From: a bacterium
GTDB lineage: Bacteria > Zhuqueibacterota > Zhuqueibacteria > Residuimicrobiales > Krinioviventaceae
NCBI GenBank assembly: GCA_963674595.2
Contig: CAXXFV010000004.1
Span: forward strand, 357,003 to 421,002
Reading direction: 5' to 3'
Length of the DNA: 64,000 bases
Below the pieces are notes generated by a model that was not told where the DNA came from, ran no database searches, and saw only the letters and a program-made list of their open reading frames with translations. Position numbers and translations under genes: made by a program. Position 1 is the stretch's first letter, and each line of letters starts with the position of its first letter. Shown in pieces: positions 60,483-64,000 of the stretch.

Positions 60483-63400
60483 ATGTCTCAAAAAACTAAA
60501 AATTCTAAAGTCAGAAAACTGTTACGTTTTTTGACTTTTTTGTTATTAACTATTTTTACTGTTATTGTATTATTTGGTGTTTATATAACATTTTTTTTCC
60601 CGATCAAAACCGTTCAAAATTATCTTGTTAAATTTGTCAGAAACGAATACCAGAGAGAATTGGTCATAGGAGATGCCTCTCTTCATTTGCTGCACGGGTT
60701 CGAATTTGAGGATATTACCATTCATAAAATTCCGGACAGCTCAATCGTTTCAAATGATTTTCCGGTTTTAAATGCATCTGTTGACAAAATTTTGCTGAAA
60801 TATAATTTGCGTAAAATTTTCAAAAAGCAACTTGTTGTTGAAGAGATTGTAATTAATTCTCCTGATGTGATATTACAGATTGAACCAACAACACAAACCA
60901 TTCCTGTTGATTCCATAAAAAGTTCTGCTGCGGACACAACTGTACCTGCTCCTGTTATTCCTATAGCCTTTAATTTAAAAACCATCAAACTATCGGATTT
61001 GAGTTGTGATGTTACTTTGATAGACAGTGTGACGATGCGTTTTTCTATCAATAATGTTAACCTGACAATGTCGGATTTTAATATTCCTGCCGGTAATATA
61101 ATAGAACAGGACAGTCTGTTACATGGTCAATTGGCTGTGCAGTGTAAAAAATCGCATCTTTCTTTTTTACAAAAGGCGGAAAATGATCAAAGCATGTCGG
61201 CAACTAGTTTGGCAGATCTGGAGTTTGATGTAAATTTAAATTCATTAACGGATATTACCTCGGCAATGAATTTGTCTGTTTCAGATTTTAAATTTGAATC
61301 AAACCTTTTAGATTCTTTGGTTATTTATCAATTGCCCTTTCCTGTTTTTTTAAATTATCAGGCTGAATTGAATGCCAAGGAAAATCGTGTCAATGTATCT
61401 GAGTTACAGTTTGGTTTGGGCGGACAAAAATGGCTGTCGCTTTCGGCTGATGTTAAGGAATATAATAAAAATCCCGAGTTCCAACTAAAGATAGACCGGG
61501 GAACCATACCTGTTCAAAAGGTAATAGAAGTGGCACGTTCGGTTATCCCCGACTCTTTAATGCCGAATATCTTTTTTGCGAAAACAAATCCGGTCATTGA
61601 TTTGAGCGGTACGAAAATTTGGGGACATGTCCCGGACAGCACTTTAACGGAAAACAGAATTTCGTTTATCGGCAATGTTGAATTAAAAAATGTAAACAGT
61701 ACCATAAACCAGGGACAGGGGGAAGTTGAGGATTTACACCTGAAGGTTGAAATTCAGGGCGCTGCGGACTATTTCGGTTTGCAGGATGCTACGTCGCAGG
61801 TTACCGTCGCTTATGATTCGGTGTTTTGGGCTGTGAACGATACTCTTTCGGTTTTTACCGGACCGGCTTCTCTTCATTTAACGGCTGATATAAACAATCG
61901 TTCAGTGCCGGAAAATATTAAAATGGAGATGACAGTTTCCAATTTATTAAATTCAAATTTGACCGGGAATGTACATCTGTATTCCGCTACGGATCTTTTT
62001 AGTCTCAGGGGCGATGGATTGTTTGAACTATATGATATTGATTTTAATTCCTTTCCTCAAAATGTTCTTCAATCAAGGGCCAATGTACGCTGCGGGTTTC
62101 AGGTCAATACTTTGGATTCGCTCAGTGCTTTTGTCAGGGTTATAACCGATTCACTAATTATGCCTATGGAATACGAACGCATCAGTTTTCCTCCTTTGCA
62201 TGTTGCTTCTTCAATAAAAGGTGCTGTTGATACCACTTTTTCTGATTTTAATTTTGATTCCTGCATTGTCAAAGTCGGCATATTTTTCGAGGCAAACGCC
62301 CGTGTAAAAGCGCATTTGGGTGACCAGGTTGATTTTAATGCCTCTGTGACGGACGCTTTTGTTGATCACGCCATGCTTTTCAACTATATACCTGAAAATT
62401 TTAAAACCGCTGTTCAGGATTTGGTTGTATCGGGAAAAACTCATGTTACTGCTGATGTTTCCGGCTTTTCGCGTGAGGATTCTCTTTTTTATAACGCTGT
62501 GGGTAAGCTTTATACACAAAATCTTGGAGTTGAATATCCCTCTCAGTTTATATATATCAATAATCTGTTGTTAAACATCAATACAAGCGCCAATTCTGAG
62601 GACGGAATATTTCTTGATTTCAAATTAAACATCGATACCACCAGAACGGACTATTTGCCCATGTCCGTGTTTTTAAAACAACAAGGTTGAATTTTCCGGT
62701 TTTAGCAAAGATTTTAACAAAATTTCCATTAGTGATGGTTTTAATCGATTTACCGGATTTTAAAATTTCCGGCAAGTTTTCGGCTGATGCCGACAGTTTA
62801 ATTTCCAGTCCTGTTATCAACGGTCATTTCGAACTGCATCAAGCCGCTTATGATACTATTTTTATTACACAGGAAATGAAATACAATGGATTGATTGATT
62901 TTGTTGCTTCTGTAAATATTGATTCCCAGTTAGCTGTTATTTCCGCTGATTTGCAAACTCATGATTTGTCTTTTTCCCTTCCCATGGAGAGCCGGGTCCG
63001 GGATATTGATACTGATTTAAAAATTCATCAAAAATTTGATATAACCAACGTCATGTTTTTAGGACGCAGCCAAAGTGTTTTTCAAACACCCACTGGTGAA
63101 TCGATTGATTACCTGATTTATCGCTCCTATTATAAAAATAAAATGCCGAATATGTCCAGTCTATCTGTGGGACTGGTTGAAGCGGCTGGTTACAAAATAG
63201 AAAATTTTGCCCTGGAAGGTGTATTTGGCGACGGTCGTGTCGATATCCCTTTATTTCAGGCAGATATTTACGGCGGTAATGCCGGGGGAAATATTTCGGT
63301 TGATCTTGCAAATGGTGATTTGTCACAGACGGCCTATAATGTATCGGCCCAATTTTCGGGAATCAATTCGACACTATTGGTGCCTCAGGTTAAAGTGAAA

Positions 63401-63782
63401 GGGCATGAAGGAATTATTAATGCAAATTTAAATATTATCGGTAAAGGTTTGGACCCGGAGAAAGAGATGGACCTTGCCGGAGGATTTTATATTACAGAGA
63501 TTGGTCCCAGGGTTGCGGACAATTTGCTTCGGTCTCTGGACCCGGAAGGAAGAGATTTTGGTATTCGTTCTACGCGTATTCTGATCAATCGGGGATTTAA
63601 GCCCAAATTATTTTCATTTGAAATTCGTCATGGTTATTTTTATCCTTCCGTAAAGTTTTCGCAGCCGTTTTATTTTCCGGTCAGGTTTGTCCGGGGGACA
63701 GATTGAATTGGCGCGTTTTCCAATAGCGTTTGCATTGAAAATGGCAAAAACTCAATCACAATTAAAACAGGCTGAATTTTAA
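60483..63782 (+). CDS. AsmA-like (YdbH-type) bridge-like protein, interrupted by three +1 frameshifts
   Basis: N-terminal TM and AsmA-like start. Removing one base each near 62675, 62742 and 63687 gives a continuous frame (..VFLNNKVEFSGFSKDFNKISISDGFIDLPDFK.. and ..PVRLSGGQIELARFPIAFALK..AEF*) ending at TAA 63780-82. Confidence 0.65.
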
Positions 63783-63796
63783 AATGTTTAGGAGAT

Positions 63797-64000
63797 ATGT
63801 TGATGAATAAGAAAAGTATATTCGTTGTTATTTTTATGGCCGGTTTATATATGCATTGTAGTGTTAAAGTTCCGGAGTTGAACGTGACCGGAGAAAAACC
63901 GCCCTGGAAAATCAGGTCCTTGGGACCTATCAACAAATCGAATCCGATAGCTGGGTTATTGCTTCGACCCGGTCTGTTGAAGGCAATCAGGACGTTACCA
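63797..64000 (+). CDS. Probable lipoprotein (YnbE/YdbL/DUF1318-like), partial, with a frameshift in the A-run at 63894
   Basis: GGAG SD; MLMNKKSIFVVIFMAGLYMHC then VPELNVTGEK(T)ALENQVLGTYQQI when one A is added; follows the AsmA-like gene. Confidence 0.55.
   Translation, partial: MLMNKKSIFVVIFMAGLYMHCSVKVPELNVTGEKPPWKIRSLGPINKSNPIAGLLLRPGLLKAIRTLP

Overview
AT-rich bacterial chromosomal segment with no rRNA, tRNA, CRISPR array or mobile element recognised. Gene content (T9SS/FlgD-Ig-type C-terminal sorting domains, FCB-style YbeY, parAB-atp synteny) suggests an FCB-adjacent lineage such as KSB1/Calditrichota (inference only). Left part: a partial 11-heme cytochrome c fused to cytochrome b (absent from the ORF track), a tetraheme c554-type cytochrome, an orphan capB, tamB/tamA, glgP, a sigma54-driven three-gene cohesin/dockerin cluster with no catalytic domains, then M48 peptidase, ligA, threonine dehydratase and proline dehydrogenase. 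From 21.4 kb every gene is on the + strand: parA-parB-M23-bactofilin-atp operon; a single operon resembling the Myxococcus Agl-Glt core (two TPR proteins, GltF-like, TolQ/ExbB, two ExbD, GltG/AgmX-like); aspS; a lipoprotein plus LysM pair; phoH-HD-ybeY-CNNM; a GYF-MinD fusion; ktrBA; hsp20-lon; a UAP1-type pyrophosphorylase; and an AsmA-like gene. The best candidates for undescribed systems are the cohesin-dockerin cluster (12.1-16.5 kb) and the Agl-Glt-like operon with a structured leader and a lectin-like tail (31.6-42.6 kb). Several frameshifts fall in homopolymers and are probably assembly errors. All family assignments come from motif recognition by eye; no searches were run.
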